Assembly (NCBI GenBank): GCA_040901675.1
Contig: JBBDYJ010000016.1
Span: forward strand, 136,879-158,491
Source of the DNA: Pirellulales bacterium
GTDB lineage: Bacteria > Planctomycetota > Planctomycetia > Pirellulales > JAICIG01
Reading direction: 5' to 3'
DNA: 21,613 nt
Made by a program: the position numbers and the translations under genes. Shown one piece after another: positions 9,330-16,683 of this stretch (the stretch's first letter is position 1; the number at the start of each line of letters is the position of its first letter). Below the pieces are notes generated by a model. The model was not told the origin of the DNA. It searched no databases and was given only the letters and a program-made list of their open reading frames with translations.

Positions 9330-9433
9330 AACCCAATTCATTCCGTTTCGTCCGTCGTAGAACGGAATTCATTCCGTTGCCTGCAGTCGTCAGAACGGGA
9401 TTTATTCCGTTTCCTGCAATTCATTCCGTTCTA
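9326..9433. repeat. Cluster of GTAG-type REP-like hairpins (second family)
   Basis: Perfect copy gtag-aacggaat-tc-attccgtt at 9357-9378; degenerate copies at 9326-9347 and 9389-9411; partial copy at 9418-9433. Lies between convergent genes. Confidence 0.8.
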
Positions 9434-9445
9434 TTCCTGCAGCAG

Positions 9446-10456
9446 TCACCGCCCGACGGGCATCAGCCCTTGTTCGATCAAAAACTGCTCTACCGCCTGT
9501 CGCCACCGTTCGGGGTCGGCGGCATACAGTCCGCTGTGTCCGGCGCCGGCGAGCTCCTCAAAGTGTTTTGGTCCGCAGAGGTTCCGGTATACCGCGCGGG
9601 CCTCGGCCGGCCGGGCATTGAGGTCGCCGGCGCCGTGGAGCATCAGAGCCGGGCACCGGCAACCTTTCGCGTACTCGGCCGGGTTGTGCTCGAACCCGGA
9701 AAATCCCACTTGCACCCCGCCCCAGAAGACCAATAGCTGTGCGCTCGGAAAAGACGGGACCCCCATCTGCTCAAAGCGGTTGCCGACCGTCGTCAGCAGC
9801 CGGTCGAACACCGATTCCAGAACGACCGCGTCCGGGCGAACCTCAGCCGTCTGCATGCTGCGCAGCACGGCGGCGCTGCCCATCGACTGGCCATAAAGAA
9901 TCAGCGGGCCCTCCGGCATACGGCCGCGGACGAATCCGACCACCGCCGCCACGTCACCCGCTTCGTGATAACCAATGCTCGTCGAACGGCCATTCGAGCC
10001 GCCGCTCCCACGAAAATCGGCCAAAACCGTTTGGAATCCCATGTCGTGGAAAGCCCGCGCCTCGCCGAGCACGCTCGACTTCGCCGCGCTAAATCCATGA
10101 AACAGCACCACCACTCCCGCCGCATCGCGCCTCGGGCAGCACCAGACTTCCAGCTCAACACCCCCGTCGAGAGAAATCGTGTGCGTCTCGAAGGCGAGTC
10201 CAAGATCTCGGGGCGTTCGCCGGTTGGCCGGCTTTGGGATGCGCGGCCCCCGGACCAGCACCTGAAGTTTCTGCCAGCGCGAGAGCGAAGCCGGCGGCGG
10301 CGTCCGGGCGCCTCCGTTCTCAAAGACCAACAGCGCGCGGGCATGCTGCCAGGCGAGGAGGTTGAGTCCCGCAAACAACAGCCCGGCCAGCAAGGCGCCG
10401 GCCAGCCAAGGATGCCGCCTCAACCAGTGCGGCCGGTACCAGCGGCGTTCGTCCAT
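9446..10456 (-). CDS. Membrane-anchored alpha/beta hydrolase
   Basis: N-terminal TM (WLAGALLAGLLFAGLNLLAW), VLFHGF, DFRGSGGS, nucleophile GQSMG, LHGAGD, GAGH. Start chosen at ATG 10456 (MDERR); alternatives upstream. Confidence 0.88.
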   Translation of the reverse strand: MDERRWYRPHWLRRHPWLAGALLAGLLFAGLNLLAWQHARALLVFENGGARTPPPASLSRWQKLQVLVRGPRIPKPANRRTPRDLGLAFETHTISLDGGVELEVWCCPRRDAAGVVVLFHGFSAAKSSVLGEARAFHDMGFQTVLADFRGSGGSNGRSTSIGYHEAGDVAAVVGFVRGRMPEGPLILYGQSMGSAAVLRSMQTAEVRPDAVVLESVFDRLLTTVGNRFEQMGVPSFPSAQLLVFWGGVQVGFSGFEHNPAEYAKGCRCPALMLHGAGDLNARPAEARAVYRNLCGPKHFEELAGAGHSGLYAADPERWRQAVEQFLIEQGLMPVGR

Positions 10457-10579
10457 GCGGCCCATGATCGCAGGCCATCGAGCTGGACGCAACATTGGCT
10501 CACGGGCCGCCGAAAGAGTATGGTGAAGGAACCGATCTCAGGCAGCTCGACGCCGAGAATCGCCCCGATGGAGGCTTCA

Positions 10580-11677
10580 ATGTACGAGCGCTTTACCGAC
10601 CGCGCCCGCAAGGTCATGCAACTGGCCAACCACGAAGCGCAGCGCTTTAACCACGAGTACATCGGCAGCGAGCACATCCTGCTCGGTCTCATCGCGGAGG
10701 GCAGCGGCGTGGCTGCCAACGTGCTGAAGAATCTCGACGTCGATCTGCGCAAGGCCCGCCACGAGGTCGAAAAGCTGGTTCAAAGCGGCCCCGACATGGT
10801 CACGATGGGCAAGCTGCCGCAGATGCCAGGGGCCAAGAAGGTCATCGAGTACGCGATGGAGGAGTCCCGCAAGCTGAACCACAACTACATCGGCACCGAG
10901 CACATCCTGCTGGGTCTCTTGCGCCACCAGGAAGGCGTGGCCGCCCAAGTGTTCAAGAACCTGGGACTCCAGTTGGATAACGTCCGCGAAGAGGTCCTCA
11001 ACCTGCTGGACGATGGCTCGCAGCGGAGCGAAGCGGGCGAACGTGGCGCGCCCCGCGGATATGCCCTCCCGCCCATCGCAGCAGATCGGCTAGCGCGGAG
11101 CGAAGTGGGCGAACGTGGCGCGGCCCGCGGAGCCTTCTTCTGGTCGGTGGCGGTATTGATCCTCTCGCTGATCGCCTTGGCCGGCAGCCTGGCGTTGAGC
11201 ATCGGTCTGGGGCTCAAGGCCTGCCCGCTTTGCCTGTACCAACGCAGCATGGTGATGGGCATCTTCGCCGTTCAGGCAATCGGCCTCGTCGCGGGCCGAG
11301 CGAAGGGTGGTTTCCTCTGCCTGCTCAGCTTGCCCTTGGCCGCCGCGGGGCTCGGCGTGGCCGGTTTCCATGAATACCTCGTTCTGAACGGGACGCTCGA
11401 ATGTCCGGGCGGCCTTTTCGAGCTTGGCACCGCTCCCGCCCAGAGCCTGGCGGCATTCATCGTGCTCTCCGTCGTGACGGCACTCGGCGCCTGGGCCGCC
11501 CGCTCTGAGCACCGTTCACGCAGCGTCGGTACGGTCCTGGCCGCCGCCGGTCTCGGGCTGGTTCTGGCCGGGCTTTCGATCGCGAGCGCTCCCCCGCTGC
11601 TCCCTCCCCCCGCCACGCCTTACGACCCGGTCAAGCAACCCCTCGACACGTGTCGCCCTCCATTCGTGCCTCCGTAG
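10580..11677 (+). CDS. Fusion of ClpC-type N-terminal (Clp repeat) domain and DsbB-like membrane domain
   Basis: GGAGG then MYERFTDRARKVMQLA; two Clp repeats (HEYIGSEHILLGL, HNYIGTEHILLGL); no AAA+ module; then TM helices with CPLCLYQR and two more Cys (LECPGG, DTCRPP). Confidence 0.8.
   Translation: MYERFTDRARKVMQLANHEAQRFNHEYIGSEHILLGLIAEGSGVAANVLKNLDVDLRKARHEVEKLVQSGPDMVTMGKLPQMPGAKKVIEYAMEESRKLNHNYIGTEHILLGLLRHQEGVAAQVFKNLGLQLDNVREEVLNLLDDGSQRSEAGERGAPRGYALPPIAADRLARSEVGERGAARGAFFWSVAVLILSLIALAGSLALSIGLGLKACPLCLYQRSMVMGIFAVQAIGLVAGRAKGGFLCLLSLPLAAAGLGVAGFHEYLVLNGTLECPGGLFELGTAPAQSLAAFIVLSVVTALGAWAARSEHRSRSVGTVLAAAGLGLVLAGLSIASAPPLLPPPATPYDPVKQPLDTCRPPFVPP
11023..11131 (+). repeat. 37-bp direct repeat in the linker of the Clp-N/DsbB fusion
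   Basis: 11023-11059 and 11095-11131 match at 35 of 37 nt, 72 nt apart, in frame (RSEAGERGAPRG / RSEVGERGAARG). Confidence 0.9.
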
Positions 11678-11761
11678 CTCGTGTCGCGCAATAATTCTTG
11701 GCTGGCGGCGAATCGTTGTTAAACTGGACGATGCCAATGAGGCAGCCTGCTCCTGGGAGGC

Positions 11762-12001
11762 ATGACGATGCAGATGCTCGATTCACTTATTAGTCCGTTC
11801 GGGATCCCTATCGTGGCCATCGTTTGTTTTTCCCTGGTCGGAATCGTATCGGCCGTCGCCAAGCAATGGCGCAAGGCCCGCGAGGCCGAGCTCGAAGCCT
11901 CCCTCAAGTCCGAATTGATCGCACAAGGACGCTCGGCGGAGGAGATCGAGCACATTCTCAAAGCCTCCGGCAGGGTCAAAGCCGCCGGTGAAGAGGCCTG
12001 A
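11762..12001 (+). CDS. Small single-TM hypothetical protein
   Basis: GGAGG at 11756-11760 (spacing fits a downstream ATG at 11768 better); one TM followed by a charged helix ELEASLKSELIAQGRSAEEIEHIL. Confidence 0.8.
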   Translation: MTMQMLDSLISPFGIPIVAIVCFSLVGIVSAVAKQWRKAREAELEASLKSELIAQGRSAEEIEHILKASGRVKAAGEEA

Positions 12002-12058
12002 GTTTGGTCCTCTCCCGTGCCCGTCCGCCACCCATTCGACCAGTAAGGGACCGCCAGC

Positions 12059-12074
12059 CGGCACAGGATATGCA
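12059..12074 (+). promoter_or_regulatory. Putative sigma-54 (-24/-12) promoter for the rhodanese gene
   Basis: cGGCACaggatATGCA, exact GG-N10-GC spacing, about 60 nt upstream of ATG 12137. Confidence 0.55.
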
Positions 12075-12136
12075 GACTTCAGGAATGAGGTCCAGAAATT
12101 TTAAATGGCGAGACAACCTGCTGGAAGGAGGTAAAG

Positions 12137-12472
12137 ATGCCAGCAACCGTCGAGCGAATCAGCCCCCAGGAGGCCCACCGCCACATGGAGTCGGATTCCG
12201 ACACCGTGCTGGTTTGTGCCTACGAAAGTGATGACAAGTTCCGAGAGAATCACCTCGAGGGAGCACTGTCCCTGAGTGAGTTCCAAGGCCGAGCCGATTC
12301 CATCTCGAAGGATGGGGAAGTCATTTTCTACTGCGCCTGACCGCAGGATGCCACCGCTGCCCGTCGGGCAGCAGAGTACCAGCGTGAGGGGTACGCCAAC
12401 GCCAAGGTTCTGGATGGCGGGGTCGGCGCCTGGAAAGCGAGAGGGTACGGCGTGGTCTCCCCCACGGCTTAG
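12137..12472 (+). CDS. Rhodanese-like protein, probable selenoprotein (C-A-U motif), 111 aa by UGA read-through
   Basis: GGAGG RBS; HLEGAL...VIFYCA then TGA (12338-12340); the frame continues PQDATAARRAAEYQREGYANAKVLDGGVGAWKARGY to TAG at 12470-12472, completing the rhodanese fold. Confidence 0.8.
12341..12372 (+). promoter_or_regulatory. Putative bacterial SECIS element
   Basis: Stem GCTGCCC (12356-12362) / GGGCAGC (12366-12372) with a GTC loop starting 22 nt after the UGA. Confidence 0.6.
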
Positions 12473-12597
12473 GGAGAGCCCTCCGCTGCCCGTCTGCGGA
12501 GACGACGACCGGCTGGCGGGTATCATCGCGATATCGTAGTGGTCGGCATTCTCTTCTTGACTTGGCCGGTGGGGCTGACCTTCCCAAAACTTCCGGC

Positions 12598-12613
12598 GGG
12601 CACAAGACTTGCG
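12598..12613 (+). promoter_or_regulatory. Putative sigma-54 (-24/-12) promoter for the YbaK/SSADH genes
   Basis: gGGCACaagacTTGCg, exact GG-N10-GC spacing, about 50 nt upstream of ATG 12662. Confidence 0.6.
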
Positions 12614-12661
12614 GACAATGCTCGGTGGAGTGTTAATGATCCTTTAAGCGGGAGGTGCCCC

Positions 12662-13123
12662 ATGGAACTGAAGCAATTCCTTGCCCAGCGTCAAGTCGAT
12701 TTCGAGGTGATCGAGCATCCGGCAACTTACGACGCCCAGCGCCTGGCGCACTCGGTGCATAGGCCGGGACGACAGGTTGCCAAGACCGTCCTATTGCACG
12801 CCGACCACGACTTTGTCGAGGTGCTGGCTGTGCTGCCGGCCGATTGCAAGGTCGACATGCAAAAGGTCAGCCAGGCGCTAGGAGGAGCGGAAATCGAGTT
12901 GGCCAGCGAGGCCCAGGTCGCCGAACACTGCCCAGACTGCGAGGTCGGAGTGCTGCCCCCCTTCGGCTCTCAATACGGTCTTCAGACCCTCGTCGACGAG
13001 TCGCTCGCCCGGCAGGAGGAGATTGTGTTCGAAGGCAACAGCCACGATGAAGCCATTCGCATGAGCTTCGAGGACTATCGGCGCCTCGAGAATCCGACCA
13101 TCATCTCGTTTTCCCGCAGGTAG
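12662..13123 (+). CDS. YbaK/EbsC-family aminoacyl-tRNA deacylase-like protein
   Basis: QVAKTVLL, LAVLPAD, ELASE, DCEVGVLPPFG, VDESL, FEGNSH. GGAGG upstream of ATG 12662. Confidence 0.9.
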   Translation: MELKQFLAQRQVDFEVIEHPATYDAQRLAHSVHRPGRQVAKTVLLHADHDFVEVLAVLPADCKVDMQKVSQALGGAEIELASEAQVAEHCPDCEVGVLPPFGSQYGLQTLVDESLARQEEIVFEGNSHDEAIRMSFEDYRRLENPTIISFSRR

Positions 13124-13163
13124 CGGCCCGACCTTCCGACGGGGGACCGTCAGGAGTTATCCG

Positions 13164-14549
13164 ATGGAGTCATCCACAAAAGCCGCCAGGCTCAGGTCCA
13201 TCAACCCGGCCACGGAAGAGTTGATCCGCGAGTACCCCGAACACGTCGACGAGGCCGTCGACGAGCGACTGCGGCGGGCCGAGCAGGCGTTTGCGGCCTG
13301 GCGGCGGACTTCCTTCGACGAGCGGGCCGAGCTCATGACGGGAGTGGCTCGCCTGCTGCGCAAACAGCGGCCCGTATATGCCCGGCTGATGACCGACGAA
13401 ATGGGCAAGCCGATCACGGCGGCCGAGGCCGAGATCGACAAGTGCGCCTGGAACTGCGAGTTCTACGCGCAACGCGCCGGGTCGTTTCTCCGCAGCGAGG
13501 AAGTGAGTACCGACGCCACGCGCAGCTTCGTCCGCTACGACCCGCTCGGCCCCGTGCTGGCGGTCATGCCCTGGAACTTCCCGTTCTGGCAGGTTTTCCG
13601 CTTTGCCGCGCCGGCCCTGATGGCCGGCAATGTGGCCGTGCTCAAGCACGCCGCCAACGTGTCGGGTTGTGCGTTGGCCATTGAAGAGATCTTCCGCCAG
13701 GCCGGGTTCGAACCGGGTGTATTTACTGCACTCATATTGTCTTCCTCGCGCGTCGCCGGCCTGATCCGCCATCCGGCGATCCGGGCGGTCACGCTGACGG
13801 GGAGCGATCGAGCGGGCGAAGCCGTGGCATCGGAAGCGGGCAAGCAGCTCAAGAAGACGGTGCTGGAGTTGGGCGGCTCGGACCCCTTCATCGTGCTGGC
13901 CGATGCCGACCCGGTTGAAGTCGCCGGACAGGCGGCCAAAGCCCGCACGATCAACAGCGGCCAGAGCTGCATTGCGGCCAAGCGGTTCATCGTGGAGGCG
14001 CCGATCGCCGACCGTTTCGAGCGGGCCTTCACCGAGCAGATGCAAAGATTGAAGGTCGGCGATCCGGTGGACCGCTCGAACGACATCGGTCCCTTGGCCC
14101 GCGAGGATCTTTTGGAGGGGCTGCACGCGCAGGTCCGGCGGACGCTGGAGGCGGGCGCCCAACTGCGCACCGGCGGCAGCCGTCTGGACCGCCGCGGCTA
14201 CTTCTATGCCCCGACGGTGCTCGCCGGGGTCGAGCCCGGGATGCCGGCCTTCGACGAAGAGACATTTGGGCCGGTGGCCGCCGTCGTTGCGGCACGCGAT
14301 CCCCAGCACGCGTTGGATCTGGCGAATCGCTCGCAGTACGGCCTGGCGGCGAGCATCTGGACCGCCAACCCCGAGCGTGGCGCGGACCTGGCCGCCCAGA
14401 TCGAGGCGGGGGTGGTCTTCGTCAATGAAATCGTGAAGTCGGACCCCCGGCTTCCCTTCGGCGGTATCAAGCGCTCCGGTTACGGCCGCGAGCTGGCCGA
14501 GGTCGGCATCCGCGAGTTCGTCAACATCAAGACCGTTTGGATCAAGTGA
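13164..14549 (+). CDS. gabD: NAD(P)-dependent succinate-semialdehyde dehydrogenase family (ALDH)
   Basis: SINPAT, VMPWNFPFWQVFRFAAP, LKHA, TLTGS, LELGGSDP, NSGQSCIA (catalytic Cys), EETFGPV, PFGGIKRSGYGRE. Substrate is inferred from family. Confidence 0.85.
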   Translation: MESSTKAARLRSINPATEELIREYPEHVDEAVDERLRRAEQAFAAWRRTSFDERAELMTGVARLLRKQRPVYARLMTDEMGKPITAAEAEIDKCAWNCEFYAQRAGSFLRSEEVSTDATRSFVRYDPLGPVLAVMPWNFPFWQVFRFAAPALMAGNVAVLKHAANVSGCALAIEEIFRQAGFEPGVFTALILSSSRVAGLIRHPAIRAVTLTGSDRAGEAVASEAGKQLKKTVLELGGSDPFIVLADADPVEVAGQAAKARTINSGQSCIAAKRFIVEAPIADRFERAFTEQMQRLKVGDPVDRSNDIGPLAREDLLEGLHAQVRRTLEAGAQLRTGGSRLDRRGYFYAPTVLAGVEPGMPAFDEETFGPVAAVVAARDPQHALDLANRSQYGLAASIWTANPERGADLAAQIEAGVVFVNEIVKSDPRLPFGGIKRSGYGRELAEVGIREFVNIKTVWIK

Positions 14550-14558
14550 CGCGGCCAG

Positions 14559-14602
14559 AGGCGCTGGTGGGAGTCGAACCCACGATGGCGGATTTGCAAT
14601 CC
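14559..14602 (-). other. Displaced 3' half of tRNA-Cys(GCA); att site of an integrated element
   Basis: - strand reads GGA-TTGCAAA-TCCGC-CATC-GTGGG-TTCGACT-CCCAC-CAGCGCC-T: anticodon loop GCA, T arm, acceptor 3' strand, U73 discriminator. D arm and 5' acceptor strand absent. Confidence 0.88.
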
Positions 14603-14706
14603 ATTAGGAGGTTGCGGTCAACGTGCGGTCATAGCGCAATCACCGGAGAATACGCTATACTGCGGCGCGGGGTTGACCGCTGAGAAGGCGAAAAAGAGCA
14701 CGTCGA

Positions 14707-14729
14707 GGTATCACTTTGGGTATCACTTT
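14707..14729 (+). repeat. 11-bp direct repeat, putative integrase arm-type sites
   Basis: GGTATCACTTT at 14707-14717 and 14719-14729, about 105 nt inside the att fragment. Confidence 0.6.
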
Positions 14730-14835
14730 CTGAAAAGCAGTTTGCCGGGTGGGGAGTCATGCCCCCGCGGCCGGCTGTCGAGCGGACGCAACCCCCGCCG
14801 GCAGCCCGGCCAGCCTGGCGGAAAGGGGTTGTGCG

Positions 14836-15366
14836 ATGGACGAGTTGAAAGCAATCCAGGAATGGCTCCGGCTTTTTATGCGGCTGCCCGGCCTGCCCGA
14901 AGGGGAACAGGGCCACGCGATAAACAAGTTCGTGTGGGCAAGCGAGGATCTGGCCGTCCTGGCCGTCCGCTACGGTCTCGATGAGCAACCGCTCCTGGAG
15001 CTGCGCAGCGCAATGAACGCGATGCAGCGAGGTCAGGCGCCAAAGGGGGGTGCATTGGGTTCTGCATTGGGTTCCGCGTGCATGACGGTAAGGCGAATCG
15101 AGGTCAGGGCGAAGGCGGCACAGATCGCCAGCCCGGCGACGGCGACGGATCTTGTCGACCTGAAAGAAGTAGAGAGGCAGACTGGCATTGCCAAAGGCAC
15201 GATGGAAAACCGGCAGGGGCGGCCGGCACCAAAGGTGCCCCATCGCGGGAATGCCCCGGCGCTGTACTCGTGGGCCGAGCTTCGCCCCTGGCTGCTCGAA
15301 ACTTTTCCCAGCCGGGCATTTCAGATTCCCGCCAAACTGTCCACCTGTGGAAGCGAAGGCACTTAG
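14836..15366 (+). CDS. Hypothetical protein with probable C-terminal AlpA/MerR-like winged HTH
   Basis: GAAAGGGG upstream of ATG 14836; C-terminus LVDLKEVERQTGIAKGTMEN...PAP...LYSWAELRPWL. Confidence 0.6.
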   Translation: MDELKAIQEWLRLFMRLPGLPEGEQGHAINKFVWASEDLAVLAVRYGLDEQPLLELRSAMNAMQRGQAPKGGALGSALGSACMTVRRIEVRAKAAQIASPATATDLVDLKEVERQTGIAKGTMENRQGRPAPKVPHRGNAPALYSWAELRPWLLETFPSRAFQIPAKLSTCGSEGT

Positions 15367-15409
15367 CCTCCACGTTGTTTCCACGTAGCCTCCACGTTGC
15401 TTCCACGCG
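15366..15409 (+). repeat. Four tandem 11-bp repeats with TCCACG core (operator or iteron-like)
   Basis: gcctccacgtt, gtttccacgta, gcctccacgtt, gcttccacgcg starting at 15366, 15377, 15388 and 15399. Confidence 0.85.
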
Positions 15410-15502
15410 CTGCAATTCCAGCGAAAACGCCAGTTCGCGCGCCTACCGTTTGGCATCGAACGACCGCACAGCGGCCGCAGACGAACCAACGGAGACACCG
15501 CG

Positions 15503-15694
15503 ATGGCCATTGCAGAGCTGGAACCCATCAAGGCCGACGTCGCCTACCCCCTTCCCCTGTTTATGCGGTTGAGCGGCATGTCGTCCTGGGCGATGAGGAC
15601 CGCCAAGAAAAACGGCCTGCGCGTTCGCGCCGCCGGCAACCGGAAATTCGTCCTGGGCAACGATTGGCTGGAGTACCTGAGCCGGCAGGCCTAA
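15503..15694 (+). CDS. Small excisionase/AlpA-like DNA-binding protein
   Basis: 63 aa, basic, GGAG RBS; pattern YPLPLFMRLSGMS..AMR...GL.....GNRKFVLGNDWLEYL; first gene of the replication cluster. Confidence 0.65.
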   Translation: MAIAELEPIKADVAYPLPLFMRLSGMSSWAMRTAKKNGLRVRAAGNRKFVLGNDWLEYLSRQA

Positions 15695-15695
15695 G

Positions 15696-15731
15696 AAAAA
15701 AGCCCGGCCGCCGGACGACGGCGAACCGGGC
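15696..15731 (-). terminator. Intrinsic-terminator-like hairpin oriented on the - strand
   Basis: A6 at 15696-15701, outer stem GCCCGG (15702-15707) / CCGGGC (15726-15731), inner stem CGCCG/CGGCG. U-tract follows the stem only on the - strand. Confidence 0.45.
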
Positions 15732-15750
15732 AAAAAGAGGGGATCGTGCA

Positions 15751-16683
15751 ATGGATTGTAGCAACGGACTGGCCCGCAGCCAATCGGCGGTTTATGAGTC
15801 AAGGCCCATAAAACGCAAGCGACGGTCGAAGGCCGAAATAACAGCCGTCAGGGACCAGCTCTACCAGATCATCGCCGAGAACAAGCCCTGCACGTGCAGG
15901 CAGGTCTTTTATCTGGCGTCGGTTGCCGAGATCGTCCCCAAGACCCAGGCGGCCTACAAAGGCACCGTGGTTCGCCTGCTGGGCCGAATGCGGCGGGACG
16001 GGCAACTCCCCTTCGACTGGATCGGCGACAACACGCGCTGGCAGCGGAAGCCGAACACCCACTGGTCGATGGAGGACGCCCTTTACGAGACAGCGAAGTA
16101 TTACCGCCGGGACCTGTGGCGAAGCCAGGACGCCTACGTCGAGATCTGGATCGAAAAGGACGCGCTGGCCGGCGTGGTGTACGAGATCACCGAGAAGTGG
16201 GACGTGCCGCTCATGGTCTCAAAGGGCTTCTCCAGCATCAGTTATTTGTACTCTGCGGCGGAAGCGATCAAGGACGCCGGCAAGCCCGCCTACCTGTACT
16301 ACTTCGGGGACCACGACCCCTCCGGCGTGCATATCGACCGCAAGATCGAATCGGACCTGCGCACGTTCGCGCCTGACTGCGAAATCCATTTTAAGCGGGT
16401 GGCGGTCAAAGCCGAGCAGATCAAGTCGCTGAAGCTGCCGACCAGGCCCACAAAGAAGACGGACTCGCGGGCCAAAAGCTTCAAAGGCGATTCGGTGGAA
16501 GTCGATGCCATCCCGCCCAAGGCGCTCAAGACCATGGTCGAAACGTGCATCGTTCAGCACATCGACCATGAAGTGGTCCGCCGGCTCAAGAGCGTCGAGG
16601 ACGCCGAGCGCGAAACCCTACTGCGCTTCGCCAACATCGACCCGGAGCGGCTGAAAGAAATCGCGGAGGAGCTGGACCTGTGA
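15751..16683 (+). CDS. TOPRIM protein of TopoVIA/Spo11/JetD-like architecture
   Basis: N-terminal TCRQVFY (wHTH-like, with Tyr), VEIWIEKDAL (TOPRIM Glu), KGFSS, YFGDHDPSG (DxD), VEVDAI. GAGGGG upstream of ATG 15751. Confidence 0.75.
   Translation: MDCSNGLARSQSAVYESRPIKRKRRSKAEITAVRDQLYQIIAENKPCTCRQVFYLASVAEIVPKTQAAYKGTVVRLLGRMRRDGQLPFDWIGDNTRWQRKPNTHWSMEDALYETAKYYRRDLWRSQDAYVEIWIEKDALAGVVYEITEKWDVPLMVSKGFSSISYLYSAAEAIKDAGKPAYLYYFGDHDPSGVHIDRKIESDLRTFAPDCEIHFKRVAVKAEQIKSLKLPTRPTKKTDSRAKSFKGDSVEVDAIPPKALKTMVETCIVQHIDHEVVRRLKSVEDAERETLLRFANIDPERLKEIAEELDL

Noticed and set aside
9326..9433. Mini-CRISPR array
   Set aside because: Units are degenerate palindromes separated by 10 nt or less.
9965..10579. 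205-aa N-terminal extension of the Clp-N/DsbB ORF, or a full clpC call
   Set aside because: The extension overlaps the hydrolase on the other strand, and a good RBS and canonical MYERF start lie at 10580. No AAA+ domains, so not clpC.
12137..12472. Rhodanese pseudogene with a nonsense mutation
   Set aside because: The UGA sits in the active-site loop, the downstream frame is intact and a SECIS-like hairpin follows; recoding is more likely, though not proven.
13170..14309. 379-aa antisense ORF
   Set aside because: Mirror of the aldehyde dehydrogenase gene.
14559..14635. Intact tRNA-Cys gene
   Set aside because: No D arm and no 5' acceptor strand complementary to CAGCGCC.
15051..15074. 12-bp tandem duplication TGCATTGGGTTC
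   Set aside because: In-frame slippage (ALGS ALGS) inside a CDS with no evidence of function.
15397..15750. 118-aa N-terminal extension of the TOPRIM ORF
   Set aside because: Runs through the repeat array, the xis-like gene and the hairpin; the RBS supports ATG 15751.
15751..16683. Wadjet anti-plasmid system (jetD)
   Set aside because: No SMC, kleisin or KITE genes nearby; the context is a replication module.
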